Shown in pieces: positions 12,857-28,500 of a stretch of 64,000 bases of DNA (position 1 is its first letter; each line of letters starts with the position of its first letter). The stretch comes from the human T2T-CHM13v2.0 reference genome, Homo sapiens, in the NCBI RefSeq assembly GCF_009914755.1, contig NC_060936.1. One strand, written 5' to 3'. The position numbers and the translations under genes were made by a program. The notes under the pieces were generated by a model, which saw only the letters and a program-made list of their open reading frames with translations, did no database searches and was not told where the DNA came from.

Positions 12857-14360
12857 CTCCTTTAAATTATAATTATCTTTATCCTTCAAGGCCTGTTTTA
12901 CTTTCACTATGGCACTTTTCTTCATACCCCAATCAAGTTTAATCACTCCTTTCTCAATATTAGTATAAAATCTTTATTATATTTTATTTTTGAAACTTAG
13001 ATTACCTTGGGTTTTTAAATCTACCTCTCCAGCTAGACTATAAGTTCTTTGAAGATAAAGATCATGTCAACTCTTTTTCATTTTTCCCAATGCCCATCAG
13101 ACATAGAAGGCATTGAGCATAGAATTTAGTCAATAAATTCTTGCTGAATTAAGTTATTTTTTTCTCTATGCAAAGATTTTGTTGATTTTCAGAGATATAA
13201 GTCTCTCACAATACAATAAAAATCACTCAAGGAGACAAAACAACCTGTTTATTGACAATAAAGATAATTCCAGGGAATTTATTGGAATGACTAAGGTTCA
13301 AGGCAGTATTCCACACATTCTAGAATGAATTCCATGAAGAGTAAATTGCATCTCACTGACTCAGAACCTATAAATATTTTTCAAGTAATATTGACACAGG
13401 ATGTTGAATTCCAAACAACTTTTTAAAACCACTAATCATTCACATTTCCCCTCAAATGTCACACAGTATAAAACTAATGGATCTTTTGTGACTTGATGAC
13501 ATTTGTCTCCATTTTTAAAGGTATTATAATGGAAATGTGGCCTTCTATCATCCTGCTACAGTTGGTATAAATCCACTAGATACTTTTAAAAAATATTTTG
13601 GGAACACACAGTCATGCAAACCAATGTCTGCCTGTCCCAGCAGGGGATAGTAAAAGACTTTACAAACACCAGATGGGATTTAACAGCGTTAATAAAACAT
13701 TAAATGCTCCAAAAGTGCTAAGTCACTTTGTGAACAACTCAAAAAAAATATATTTGATTTCCATTATACATATTTTTCTTTCCTAAGAAATTCTAAAATT
13801 TTCCAGTAAAAGTTTTATCATAGTCCTCTGACAGTTAATTTCTCTTAATGTTAAACTATAATTATCTACCGTTTGGATACTATGCATAGATTAGTATTTG
13901 TGGTTTTGTTAACAACTTTATAATTTTACCATAAATATAGAACATATCAAGTTCTCAATGAATTTCAACATGTTTAATGCCTGCTTCACCAGAAATCCAA
14001 AGCAGAAATATTTTTGTCCAATGTGACTTATTTTTGTTATACCTAACTATGTATGAGTTGACATTTTCATAAATATTTTATAAAATAGTAATTGGTAATC
14101 AATATGATCTAGAAATACATTATTCTCCAATTTATTTTAAAAAAATAATATTCTTGGAATCTTCTGGGAATATAAGATTGTAATCATAAAATAAAATCAA
14201 TTTTCTATTCAAAGTGACTAGAAGCACAGATAATCCCCCCAGAAAAAAAAAAAATATATATATATATATCACACACCCAATTGGATTTTATTGAATGTTT
14301 TGCTCGAGTAGCAAGCTTCCAGACTGGAAACAAGAAAAGGCAGAATATCTACAAATGTTA

Positions 14361-14622
<262 letters not shown>

Positions 14623-17600
14623 CAAATGTTCTTTACTATTGTTTTACTTTACTGTGATTAGAAAATGGCTTGCTTTGCCTAAGTACATGTCAACTCTCAG
14701 TAAATGGTTTCAATTCATAAGAAAGCAATTGAAAGTCATTCTAAAATTAAATTTTAGCTGCATTTAATATAGTAAGTATATAATCCACAAACAAACAATA
14801 AAGCAACTGAAGAAAAAAAGTATTCATTTGGCCTAGCCATGTCTGTGAGCAGATATGCTATTTTACTATCCTCTGAACCATGTCACTTATCTCAGATAAG
14901 GAAACAATTCAGTGCAAGAAAATGCTATCACAGAAATCAGTGCAGCTGGAGTAAAATACCTGTGAGCTCACTTGATGACAGTCCACAAACCAAAGAGGGT
15001 TCATGGGTTTGCTCAAAGATGGGGTCAGGGAAGGGTCTCTGTTTTAGTACATTTAATCTCAAAGAGAGTGAAAGTCACAAAAAACAAATCTAATTACGTC
15101 ACTCTCCTGCTTAAACTCTTCATTACCCTCCCTCTGATCTCAGGAGAAAGTCCAAAATCCCAAAATGCCATCCAAAACGCTTTATGAGCTGGGTTTGCTG
15201 AGTTCTCTGGCATCAACTCTCAACATGCCCCCACTCCCTTCACAGCTGTGCAGCAAAATGCAATTCCCCAAGAACACTCTACTCCTTCAAACTGGAACAC
15301 TCTTCCCTCACTTTCTCAGGACTTACTCCCATCTGTAACTCAAGCTACCACTTAAAGGGCAGCTTCTCCAGAAAGTCCTGCATTTCCAAAGTCCCATGAG
15401 AACAGAAAGTCCTCCTGCAAGTGCTCTGAGCACCGTTCAATATATCCTATTAATCATACTGTATTGCAGGGTGGTTCGTCTGTCTCTGCCACTGGATAGC
15501 ATTATTTTATCCTCACAAAACCCAATGAGATAGGTCTTATTATGCCATTATATAGATTAATAAACCAAGATTCAGAGAGAAACTTACTTAAGGTCACATA
15601 GTTAATTGGAGGTGGAAGAAGAAATAAATAAAATCCTGTAGCTTCTTTTAACCATCACACTATGCAGCCATTGAGGATGAAAGCATTAATTCAAACCATT
15701 ATGAACTGTTGCTATATTAACTTAGATTTTATATATATTATATGTATAAACGATATACATATGTACATATAATGCTTAGTGTATAACCTACCTGTAACAC
15801 ATACTATGTGCTCAATAAACATTAGTCATCATCATTATTATTATTATCATTAGCATTATTAATGATTGGTCAGAATTTATCTCTTTCCAGGCAAAACTCC
15901 AGGAAAACAGCCAAGCCCAGGACCTTTCCAAACAATGAGAACAATCACAGGTAGTAGTTTTCTCAAACTACATCCCCTGCTTTCTTTCCTCAGAAGTTTT
16001 TAATACCAACCTGTATTAAGCTTCCAAAACAGACAAAATAGAATTGCTCTCAAAGGAAATTCCTTTTCACCTCCATCCACCTGCAATTATTCCTTGGTGA
16101 TTGAGGGCTACATTAAAGAGTCTAAAGAGTATACATTTTACATCTTTGGTGCTGTCATTCTATCACTGCTTTTGCACGATATCCATCTTTATCCTTTTGG
16201 CTTGACTTAGGCCCATTATACGTGAGGCCCCATTAAACGAGTGAATTTTTACAAAACTCTTTATTTCTTTAGGGATGTGAAAATGAGTCTTATACCAATG
16301 GCAGCAGCATCTATTTGAAGACAATCTGATTTTGCAGGGACTTAAATGGAAAACAATGAAAACAGGAACTGTCTGCTATTAGATATGTTTCCTGAAACCC
16401 AAGCTGAGTAAATTAAGTCTCTTGGTTTTGCTGTTGTTCTCACCTCAGAGAGTCCTGCTTAAATCAACAGGGTTTTGAGAGTACAGATCAATAGTAAGAC
16501 TTTGCATTTTTGCAGAAGAACAAAGCTTTCTGGGGAAAGAATCAGCCAATGAACAGCAATTAGTGTCTTAATTGCAAATACACTTAAAGCTCTGAAGAAT
16601 TGTGTTAGTTCATTGAATTATTGAATCTGGGATTTGTTCCTCCACATTGAAAACTAAGTGCACAATTTAACATACTTGGCAACTTTTTTAAAGCACAGTC
16701 CAAACTTTGAAATGCTTCTTGCATTACAGATCCAAATAGCCCTCATGAAATAATAAAATAAAATCTTTGGTTATCATTTTATTCACAGTAGCATATTGGA
16801 TTTGCAGTTAATAATTTTCAATTTCCCAAGAGTAAATTTAGCCATAAAAAATTAGTTTATAAATGACCATACAATGTTTTCAATCAACTTCCATATTAGA
16901 GATTCAGCTTCTTAATTTAGAGTTCACTCTCATTTTAAATTTATGGATGAAAGAATGAAGAGCTGAAACTTCACGTCTGTGGAGTAGACACTAGACATTG
17001 AATCCAATTAGAGCTCCTAGGTGTAGGAAGAGTTGTACTCAACATCGTAAGCACAGGGCCGAGAATTTGGGGATGTGGGAAGCCAACAGAAAGGAATAGA
17101 GCACCTAATGAAATAGTCCAGCAGAAGGGCAGAACATAAGGAGAAATCTCTGTTCATTCCACATAATTCTTTATCTGACCTCACCCCCACATTGCAGCAA
17201 GTACTACAGATGAGGTAGAGACTCCTCAGCCATAAGGAATGAACCCCAAGGCACTAGGTTCTCTCCACCTACTCTGTCTTCATAGTCACAAAGATTTTGA
17301 CAGAGCTCCAAATCTGGGAGAAGATTTTGAACTATTCACAGATCTCACCGCTCCTAAAAACTTCAGAAGAGACCTCAGAGCTCCCCTCAGTGCTGTCCCC
17401 TCTACCCATTCCAGCTAGAGGAAGGACCATCACACTCTCTGACCTTCCCTGTACAAAATTCTCAGGGCTTTCATAAATACAGTTCCAATGTGCTCACAGC
17501 TGAGCTCGAGAGTCTTTATATATGGCATTGTTCTCTGAGTATCATTTTCTGCTTCTGTTGTACCACATCTTAAAACTAATTTTCTCCTAAATTCTATTAG

Positions 17601-20600
17601 TATAATATTTTCTAAACTGTGAAGAAAAAGTCATTGGCCATTTTAATGGTGATATCATAGTGATTTATATTCATTTTTTCAAGCTTTCTGAGAAGAATGG
17701 AAGTAGAATTTTTTTAAAGTAAAAACAAAAAATTTCAGAATGCATAAAGGGAGAACTACATAAATAATCCTTCATGTCCAATGTAGTGCTTTTTAACACT
17801 GGGTCCATGAATTGTTATGGTTATCAATGTGTCAGCATATGTCTACTCAGAATGTGTCCATATACATCTACTTATGGAAATTTCGGGTGTATACATATAT
17901 GAGAATTTTATGTAGGCATCATCGCTTTTATAATATTTTAAATAGGGAAAATGCATCAAAAAAAGTTTTAGGGGAGATAAATTAATAAAAAGTTCAAAAT
18001 TTTTATCTCACCTTACTATTCAGCCTTTTAATGCCATGAACTTTTTTGGCAGGGGTCAGCCCTTTGCTTCTGAAGATAGAGATATAGATGCAGTATTCTG
18101 TATATGTAGACACAGATATAATAGCAGTCATTTTGATTGTCTTTTCTTTTTCTCTTTCTGCTTCTTAAAAAGGCCCCTGTGTTAGTGAGGAACCCATCTT
18201 CTTTCAGGAGCTATCTCAACAACTACAGACTTATTCATTGTTCCCCTGCCAGGTTCAGAGAGCTAACAAGGAATGAGGTAGACTCACAATAACAGCCAAC
18301 CTTTACAGAGAGCTCCCTATATATACACCTGGCACTGTGCAAAACACTTTGCCTCTTCTAGTCTTTATAACAATCCCATTAGATTACTACCTTTATTATT
18401 CTCATTTTACACATAAGACTTAAAAAACTAAGTCCTTGCCAGAGTGACATCAGCAAGATGGTGGAATAAGGCTTTCCAGCACACACCTTCTCCTAAAATC
18501 ATCAATTAGAACAATTATCTATGCACAAAAATATCTTTATAAGAGCTAAGGAATCCAAGTGAGAGATTATAGAACCTGAGTAGAGCACATAAACAAAAAA
18601 ATATGCATTTAAGACGGTAGGATGAAAAGTGGTACCCTCTGCACGGGAAAAGGACTATGAAATAATACCCACAGCTTCACCACAGAGCCAGCAGAAGGCA
18701 TGAGCACCCCTCTACCTTGAATCTCCAGTCCCTGCCCACAGACTCAGCATCCAGGCCCAATGCTAGGCCAGGCCAACCCCTTTGGCCCCAGGCTCCAGGT
18801 CTTTCCCAGCACCAGGCTAACCACCATACCTCAGGCTCTGAGCTATTGCCTGCAGCCCCAGGCTCCAGGCCAAACCCTGTGGTCCCAGGTTTCAGGCCCA
18901 CCCAGCTATCCCATGTAGCTCAAGCTCTACACCAGCTTCTATAGCCTCAGGAATGAAGATGGCACCTGTGGACTCAGGCTTTAAGCCCACCACAGCTCCA
19001 TGCCGGCCCCCACAGCCCCAGGCTCTAGTGGATCCATGATCCAGGCACACTCCAGTGGACTCAGATTCCATGCCCAACATTACAAGCACTAGGCGCACCC
19101 ACCTACTCACCCAAGTACCAGGCTAGCTGCCCAAGGATTCCAAAAGCAAGCTTTCCATAGACCCCACTAGCCAACCTGCCCAGAATCTCTTAAACAGCTT
19201 ACTGGTGAAGGGCTTGCCAATCTGTAAAGACTGGAAGAAGTGCCTGCTTCTTCAAACAAACATCGACATAAGACCAAAAGGATCATGAATAATCAGGAAA
19301 ACATGACACCAGCAAAAGAACAAAATTAGTCACCAATAACTGACCTTAAAGAAATGGAGATCTACAAATCACCTGAGAAAGATTTCAAAATAATCATCTA
19401 AAAGAAACTCAGTGAGCTACAAGAGAATCCAGATACACAACTAAACAACATTAAGAAAATAATACATGAAGAAAATGAGAGGTTCAATAAAGAGATAGAA
19501 ACAATAAAAAAGAAGCAAGCATAAATTCTGGATTTGCAGAATACTATGACTGAATTGAAGAAAACAAAAGCCATAAAGAGCTTCAACAGCAAACTCAATC
19601 AAGCATAGAAATAATTAGCAAGCTCAAAGACAAGTCATTTAAAATTATTTAGTCAGAGGAACAAGTTATAAAATAAAAGAAAAAGACTGAAGAAAGTCTA
19701 AGGGACTTATGAAACATCACTAGACTTGTTTAAAAGAAATGCTAAAGTGATTTCTTCAAGTTGAAATTAATGCTAACAACATGAAAACCTATGAATGTAT
19801 AAAACTCTCTGTAAAAGTAAAAAATCATCAAATTTAGATACTCTAATATTGTAATGGTGGTTCATAAATCACCGTTAACTCTAGGATAAAAGTTAAAAGA
19901 TAAAATATTAAAAATACCTATAGCTACAATAATTTGTAAGTGAATAAGCAATAAACAAAATTCAATTATGTAAATTATAGCATCAATAAGATAAAATGTG
20001 GGTGAGAAGTTAAAGTGTAGAGGTTTTGTATGCAGTCAAGTTAGTATCAGCTTAAAACAGACTATTATAAGATATTTTATGTAAGCCTTATGGTAACCAC
20101 AAAAATAAATACCTGTAGTAGATACAAAAGAGATAGAGAATGAAATCAAAGCATACCACTATTAAAAAGTTATCAAATCACAAAGGAAGACAGCAGGAGA
20201 AGAAGAAAAGAACAAAGGAACTACAAAATAGTCAGACAACAATTAATAATATGGCAATAGTAAATCCATACCTATCAATAATTTATTTATATAAATGGAT
20301 TAAATTCTCCTATCAAATACTTCGAGTAATGAAATGGATAAACAAAATCAAGATCTAGCAATATGCTGCCTACAAGAGACTCATTTTAGTTTTAAGGACT
20401 CACAGGCTGAAAGTGAAGAGATGGAAAAAGAAGATATTCAATGTGAATGGTAAGCAAAAGAGATCAGGGTAGTTATATCAGACAAAATAGACTTGAAGTA
20501 AAAAAAAAAAACTGTCACAAAAGACAAAGAAAGCCATTATAAAATGATTAAGGGGTCAATTCATTAAGACAATATAATGATTGTAAATGTATATGCACTC

Positions 20601-21498
20601 AGTATTTGAGAACCTAAATATATAAGGCAAATATTAAGAGAATAGAGAGGAGACATAGAAAGCAATACAATAATAATAGGAAACTTCAGCAGCATTCTAC
20701 TTTTAATGATGAATAGATGATCCACACAGAAAATCAGTAAGGAAACAGCAAACTTTGACAACACTGTAGACCAAATGGACCTAAAAGACATATACAGAAC
20801 ATTCTATCCAACAGCAGCAGAATATATATTACTCTCAAGCACACATGAAACATTCTCCAGGACAGATCATATGTTAGGCAATAAAACAAGTCTTCAGAAA
20901 TTTAAGAAGATTGAGATTATATTGAGCACCATTACTGACCAATCAATAAAGGGAGAAAAATTGAATCTTCACAATATGTGGAAATCAAGCAACACACTGA
21001 TGAACAACCAAGTGATCAAAAAAGAAACTAAAAAAAAATCTTTATACAAATGAAAATGGAAATCACAACATAACAAAATTTATAGAATACAACCAAAGCA
21101 GTTCAAAGAGGAAAGTTTACAACAATAAATGCTTACAGTAAGAAAAAAGAAAAACCTCCAATCAACAACTTAAATTTATACCTGAGGGAACTAGAAAAAG
21201 AGCAAACTAAGCCCAAAGTTAGCAGAAGAAGGGAAATAATGAAAGACAGAGCAGAAATAAATGAAAGAGAGACTAGAAAAACAATAAAAAGATCAATAAA
21301 ACCAAGATACGGTTTTTTTGAAAGAACAAACAAAATTGACAAATTTTTACCTAGAATAAGTAGGAGGGAAAAGACTCGAATAATTAAAATTGTAAATGAG
21401 AAACATTACGACTGATACCCCAGAAATACAAAGGATCAAAGAGACTGCTGTGAACAGTTACATGCCAACAAATTGAATACTAAAAAAAGGATAAATTT

Positions 21499-21576
21499 GA
21501 GCTTGCAGTGATCCAAGATTGCACCACTGCACTCCAGCCTGGGCAACAGAGCGAGACTCTATCTCAAAAAAAAAAA
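21499..21576 (+). mobile_element. Severely 5'-truncated Alu inside L1
   Basis: Alu 3' end plus A tail; GGATAAATT repeated on both flanks. Confidence 0.85.
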
Positions 21577-22228
21577 TGGATAAATTCCTAAAAATATACA
21601 AACTGTCAAGTCTGAAATATGAAGAAATAGGAAATATGATCACAATAATAGCAAGTAAGAAGATTAAATCAACAATTGAAGACCTCCCAGCAAAGAAAAC
21701 CCAAGGACCTAATGGCTTTATTGGTGAATTCTTTCAAACATTTAAAGGAAAACTAACATTGATCCTTCTCAAACTCAAGAATATTGAAGAGGAGAGAACA
21801 CTTTCAAACTCATTTTACAAGGTCAGCATTACCTCAATAGTAAAAAAAAAAAAATTACAGTCCAATATTGCTGATGAACGTAATGGCAAAATACTAACAA
21901 ACTGAATTCAACAGCACATTAAAAGGATTATTCACCATAATCATGAGGGATTTATACCTGGGATGCAAGGATGGTTCAACACATGCAAAACAATAAATAT
22001 GATACACCACATGAACAGAATGAACAGTAAAAGTTATATAATCATCTCAACAAACATACAAAAACAACGAAATTCAACATTTTCTCAAGATAAAAACTCT
22101 CAGTAAATTAGGTATAGAAGAAATGTACCTCAGCACAACAAAAACATATATGACAAGCCCATAGCTAACATAATACTCAACAGTGTAAAGTTAAAAACTT
22201 TTCTTCTACAATCAAGAACAAAACAAGG

Positions 22229-22514
22229 GGCCAGGCATGGTGGCTTATGCCTGTAATCCCAGCACTTTGGGAGGCCAAGGCGGGCAGATCACGAGTCAGG
22301 AGATCGAGACCATCCTGCCTAACATGGTGAAACCCCATCTCTACTAAAAATACAAAAAAAAAAATTAGCTGGGCATGGTAGCAGGCACCTGTAGTCCCAG
22401 CTACTTGGGAGACTGAGGGAGGAGAATGGCGTGAACCCTGGAGGCAGAGCTTTCAGTGAGCCAAGATCACGCTACCACACTCCAGCCTGGGCGACAGAGC
22501 GAGACTCCGTCTCA

Positions 22515-22540
<26 letters not shown>
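22229..22540 (+). mobile_element. AluY-like inside L1
   Basis: Full dimer, gagatcgagaccatcc, 27-nt A tail. Confidence 0.92.
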
Positions 22541-22545
<5 letters not shown>

Positions 22546-24954
22546 ACAAAGATGCCCCATTCTTGCCACTTCCATTCCACATAGTGCTGGGAGTTCTAGC
22601 CAGAACAATTAGGCAAGAGAAAGAAAAGGCATCCACACTGAAAAGGAAGATGTTAAATTGTTCCTGTTTACAGATAACATAATCTTATATGTAGAAAACC
22701 CTTAAGACTACATCAAAAAACTATTAGAACCAATAAGTAAATTCAATAAAGTCACTACAAAATCAACATGCAAAAGTCAGTGGCATTTCTATACACTAAG
22801 AACAAACGATCTGAAAAAAGAAATCAAATAAAAATTCTACAATAGCATCAGAAAAAATTAAAAATACTTAAGAATAAATTTAACCAGAAGCTGAAAGATC
22901 TGTACATTGAAAACTGTAGAACAGGGTTGAAAGAAATTGAAGAAAACAAATAGATGGAAAGATATCTCATGTTCACAGGTTGGAAGAATTAATATTGTTA
23001 AAATGTCTTTGCTACCCAAAGCAATCCACAAATTTAATACACTTCCTATCAAAATTCCAATGGCATTTTACAGAAATAGGAAAAACAATTCTAAAATTCA
23101 TATGGAACTACAAAAGACCCTGAATAACCATAGCAACCTTGAATAAGTAAAGAAAGCTGGAGTCATCACACTACCTGGTTTCCACAAAATCTACCTGATC
23201 TTTGATAAAAGTATGAAGAACACGTGCAGGGAAAGGACAGTCTGTTCAATAAATGGTGTTGGCAAAGCTGGATATGTATATGCAGAAGAATGAAAGTAGT
23301 TTCTCATACAATATACAATAATCAACTCCAAATTGATTAAAGACTTAAATATAAGACCTGAAACTGTAAAACTACAAGAAAGAATACACAGGGAAAAAGC
23401 TTCTTGACATTGGTGTGGGCAATAATTTTTTATATGACCCCAAAAACACAGACACAAAATGCAAAAACAGACAAGTGGTATTGCATCTAACTAAAAAGCC
23501 TCTGTGCAACAAAGGAAATGATTAACAGAGGGAATAGACAACTCACAGAATGGGAGAAAATGTTTGTACACTATATATCCGATAAGGGGTTAATATCAAA
23601 ATGTAAGGAATTCAAACAACTCAATAGTAAAAAGTAAAAACCTTATTGAGAAGTAAGCAAAATACCTGAATAGACATTTTTTAAAAGAAGACATACAAAT
23701 AGTCAACATACATATTTAAAAATGTGCAACATCACTAATGATCAGGGAAATGCTAATTGAAACCAGATTGAGATATCACCTCACACTTACTACAATGACT
23801 AATATCAAAAGGACAAAAGATTACAAACATTGGCAAGGATGTGGAGAAAAGGGAACCCTGCACACTGTTGGTGAAAATGTAAATTGGTATAGACATTATA
23901 GAAAACAACATGAAACTATATTTACAAATTAAAACTAGAACTACCAAATAATACAGCAACCACACTTCTGAGTATATATCCACTATAATTGAAATTAGGA
24001 CCTTGAAGAGATATCTGCACTCCCATGTTCACTGTAGCATTATTCTTAATAGCCAAGATATAGAATCAATCTAGGTGTCCATGGGCAGATGAATAGATAA
24101 TGAAAAATATATGTGTGTATAATATAATATGTCATTGTGAATATGTTATTATATATATATATAAACACAATGGAATATTATTCAGCCTTTTAAAAGAAGG
24201 AAATCCTGTCATTTGCAACAACATGGATGAACTTGGAGCACATTTGCTAAGTGAAAGAAGCCAGGTACAGAAAGACAAATACTGCATTATCTCAACGTAT
24301 ATGTAGAGTCTTTAAAAATGACATTCATAGAAGCAGAGAGTAGAATTGTGGTTGCCAAGGACTGTGAAGTGGGGAAATAGGGAAGTGTTAACCAAAGGGT
24401 ACAAAGCTTCAGTTAGGCAGGATGAATAACTTATGAAGATCTAACACAAAGCATGGTAATTATAGTCAATAATACTGTGTTACATGCTTGAAATTTGCTA
24501 AGAAGTTGATCTTAAATGTTCTTACCACCAAAAAAAAAGATAATTACGTATGTGATAGACATGTTAATTAGCTTGATTGTGATCATTTCTAATGTATACG
24601 TAAATCAAAACATCACATTGTATACTATATTTATTTATTAAAAAATTATTTATATATATAACTCTTGTCAGTTATAAACAATAAAGCTGGAAAAATTAAT
24701 TCCTTTCCCAGTGTTATGCAATCAGAAAATGATAGGTCAAGGATCTTAACCCAAATAGTCTGTTTCCAGATCCAATACTCTAAGCCATCATGATATTCTT
24801 CTCCAAAAGGAGTTTTACAGCAATCTCACTGAGGAAACTAGAAATCAGCACAATACTTAGGTTTTTCATCCTATCCTACTATATTTAAGCCGAGTGAGAG
24901 CATGGAAATCATCTTACTGTACATCTTTACAGAGAAGAAAACTAAAGAAATTGG

Positions 24955-25077
24955 AGCCAGGTACAATGACTATGCCTGTAGTCCCAGCCACTCAGGAGGC
25001 TGAGGTGGAAGAATCCCGTGAGCGTAGGAGTTTGAGTCAAGCCTAGACAACATAGTGAAACCCCATTTCTAAAAAAG
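24955..25077 (+). mobile_element. FLAM-like Alu monomer
   Basis: Single left-type monomer. Confidence 0.75.
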
Positions 25078-25112
25078 AGAGAGAGAGACAGAGAGAGATT
25101 TCACAGTGGTAA

Positions 25113-25451
<339 letters not shown>

Positions 25452-25524
25452 AAGCAAAAACTTTTTAAAGCAAATGAGGAAATATGAAAATACATAAGTA
25501 ATATAAAAGAATAAACGATAATAT

Positions 25525-28500
25525 GTAGAGGGACAAGATGGCAGATAGAAAACAGGGTTAACGTGCAGCTCTCACTTGGACAAACAGAACAATGCATGGA
25601 GACTCACACCGTTAACTTTTGCTCCAAGAACCACTGCAGGAATGAACCAGGAAAACCAAAATAGTTCACAGATGCATTGACAGAAGCAGCACACCACTGC
25701 GTATTCCATGAGACAGTTGAAAAACTGGCAAGTGCTGGTAACCATGGCTGGCAGACCTGAAGACCAGTCACATCACAGGACTCTTTGCAGATATTCCCCA
25801 GCACCAGCTCAGAGTCTGGTAGCCCCACTGGGTGACCAGATCCAGAAAAACAATAACAACCATTGTAGTTCAGCTCTCAGGAACCCCCATCCCTAGGGGA
25901 AGTGGAAGAGCATCATATCAAAGGATCAGCCCATGGGACAAAAGAATCTGAACAGCAGGCCTTGCATTCCAGACCTTTCCATTGAAATATTCTACCCAAA
26001 TGAGAAGAAACCAAAATAGTAATTCTGGTAATATGACAAAACAGAGTTCTACAACACCCCAAAAAGATCACACTAGCTGCCCACCAATGGATCAAACCAA
26101 GAAGAAATCTCTGAATTCCCAGATAAAGAATTCAAAAGCTTGATTATTAAGCTACTCAAGGAGATACTAGAGAAAGGTGCAAACCAACTTGAAGAATTTT
26201 TTTAAATACAGGATGTGTATGAAAAATTATCCAGAGAAATAGATATCATAAAGAAACAACAATCACAACTTCTGGAAGTGAAAGACACACTTAGAGAAAT
26301 ATAAAATGCACTGGGAAGTTTCAACAATAGACTATAACAAGTAGAAGAGAAAACTGCAGAGCTCAAAGAAAAGGCTTTCAAATTAACCCAATCAGACAAA
26401 GATAAAGAAAAAAAATTAATGAGCAAAGCCTCCAAGAACTTTGAAATTATGTCCAACAGCCAAACCTAAGAATAATTGATGTTCCTGAGGAAAAAGAGAA
26501 ATCTAAAACTTTGAAAAACTTATTTCAGCCAATAATTGAGTGAAACTTCCCTGGCCTTGCTAGAGATCTATACTTCCAAATACAAGAAGCTCAAAGAATA
26601 CCTGGGAAATTTATTGCAAAAACATCATCACATACGCACATAGTCATCAGGTTTTCTAAAGTCAACACAAAGGAAAGAAGTTTAAGAGCTGTGAGACAAA
26701 AGCATCAGATAACCTATAAAGAAAAACCTATCAGATTAACAGCAGATTTCTCAGCAGAAACTTTACAAGTCAGAAGGGATTGGGATTCCATGATTATCCT
26801 CCTGAAGCAAAACAATTGTCAGCCAAGAATTTTATATACAGCAAAACTAAGCTTCATAAATGAAAGAGAGATAAAGTCTTTTTCAGACACTGAATTTGCC
26901 ACTACTAAGCCAACACTACAAGAAATGCTGTAAAAAATGAAACTCTGAAGTACACCAAAGTAAAACCTCCTTAAAGCATAAATCTCACACGGCCCATAAA
27001 ACAATACAATGAAAACACAATGAAAAAGAAAAACAAGGTATTAAGGCAACAACTAACATGATGAATAAAATAGTACCTCACATCTCAATACTAATCCTGA
27101 AGGTAAATGAATTAAATGCTCCAATTAAAAGATACAGAATGGCAGAATGAATAAAAATCCACCCACCAAGTATCTGCTGTCTTCAGGAGACTCACCTAAC
27201 ACATAAGGACTGTCATAAACTTAAGGTAAAGGGGTGGAAAAAGATATTCCACACAAATAGAAACCAAAAGTGAGCAGGAGTAGTTACTCTTATATCAGAC
27301 AAGACAGACTTTAAAGCAACAATAGTTAAAAAAAAAAAAAAGATCAAGAGGGACATTATTTAATGATAAAAGGATTAGTTCAACAGGAAAATGTCACAAA
27401 CCTAAATATATATGCACCTACTACTGGAGCTCCCAATTTGATAAAAACAATTATGACTAAACCCAAGAAATAAGATAGACAGCAACACAATAATAGCGGG
27501 GACTTCAATACTCCACTGACAGTACTAGACAGGTAATCCAGACAGAAAGTCAACAAAGAAACAGTGGACTTAAACTATATCCTAGAACAAATAGACTTAA
27601 CAGATATTTACAGAACATTCTACCCAACAACTGAAAAATATACATTCTTTCATCAGCACATGGAACATTCTCCAAGACAGACCATATGATAAGTCACAAA
27701 ACAAGTCTCAATAAATTTAAGAAAATTAAAATTACATCAAGTATCCTCTCAGACCACAATGGAATAAAACTGGAAATTAATTCCAAATAGAACTCTCAAA
27801 ATTATACAAATACATGGAAATTAAATAATCTGCTCTTGAGTGATCTTTGGGTCAACAATGAAATCAAGATGGAAATTTAAAAATTCTTTGAACTGAATGA
27901 TAATAGTGACATAACTTATCAAAACCTCTGGGACACAGCAAAAGCAGCGCTAAGAAGAAAGTTCATAGCATTAAATGCCTACAACAAAAAGTCCAAAACG
28001 GCAGAAATAGGCAATCTAAAGTCACACCTCAAAGAACCAGATAAACAAAAAACAAAATAAACCCAAACCCAGCAGAAGAAAAAAAATAACAAAGGTCAGA
28101 GCAGAACTAAATGAAATTGACACAAAAAAAAAACAAAAACAAAAGAAAAATGAAACAAAAAACTGGTTCTTTGAAAACTTAAACAAAATTGATAGACCAT
28201 TAGCGAGATTAAGAAGAGAGAAGATCCAAATAAGCTCAATTAGAAACAAAATAGGAGATATTACAATCAATACTCTAGAAATACAAAAGACCATTCAAGG
28301 CTACTATGAACACCTTTATGCACACAAACTAGATAACATACAGAAGATGGCTAAGTTATTGGAAATGCATCACCCTCCTAGATTAAATCAGGAAGAAACA
28401 GAAACTCTGAACATACAAATAACAAGTAGCAAGATTGAAACAGTAATATTTTTTTCTTTTTTTTTGAGACGGAGTCTTGCTCTGTCGCCCAGGCTGGAGT

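Larger units (their letters stand above)
18441..24695 (+). mobile_element. Near full-length ancient L1 (L1MA8/9-like) with partial ORF1 deletion, inserted in a MIR
   Basis: 5' start gacatcagcaagatgg; ORF1 and ORF2 EN/RT remnants in ORF track ([29 protein letters not shown]); L1MA-type 3' UTR; MIR halves at ~18290-18440 and ~24700-24795. Confidence 0.88.
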
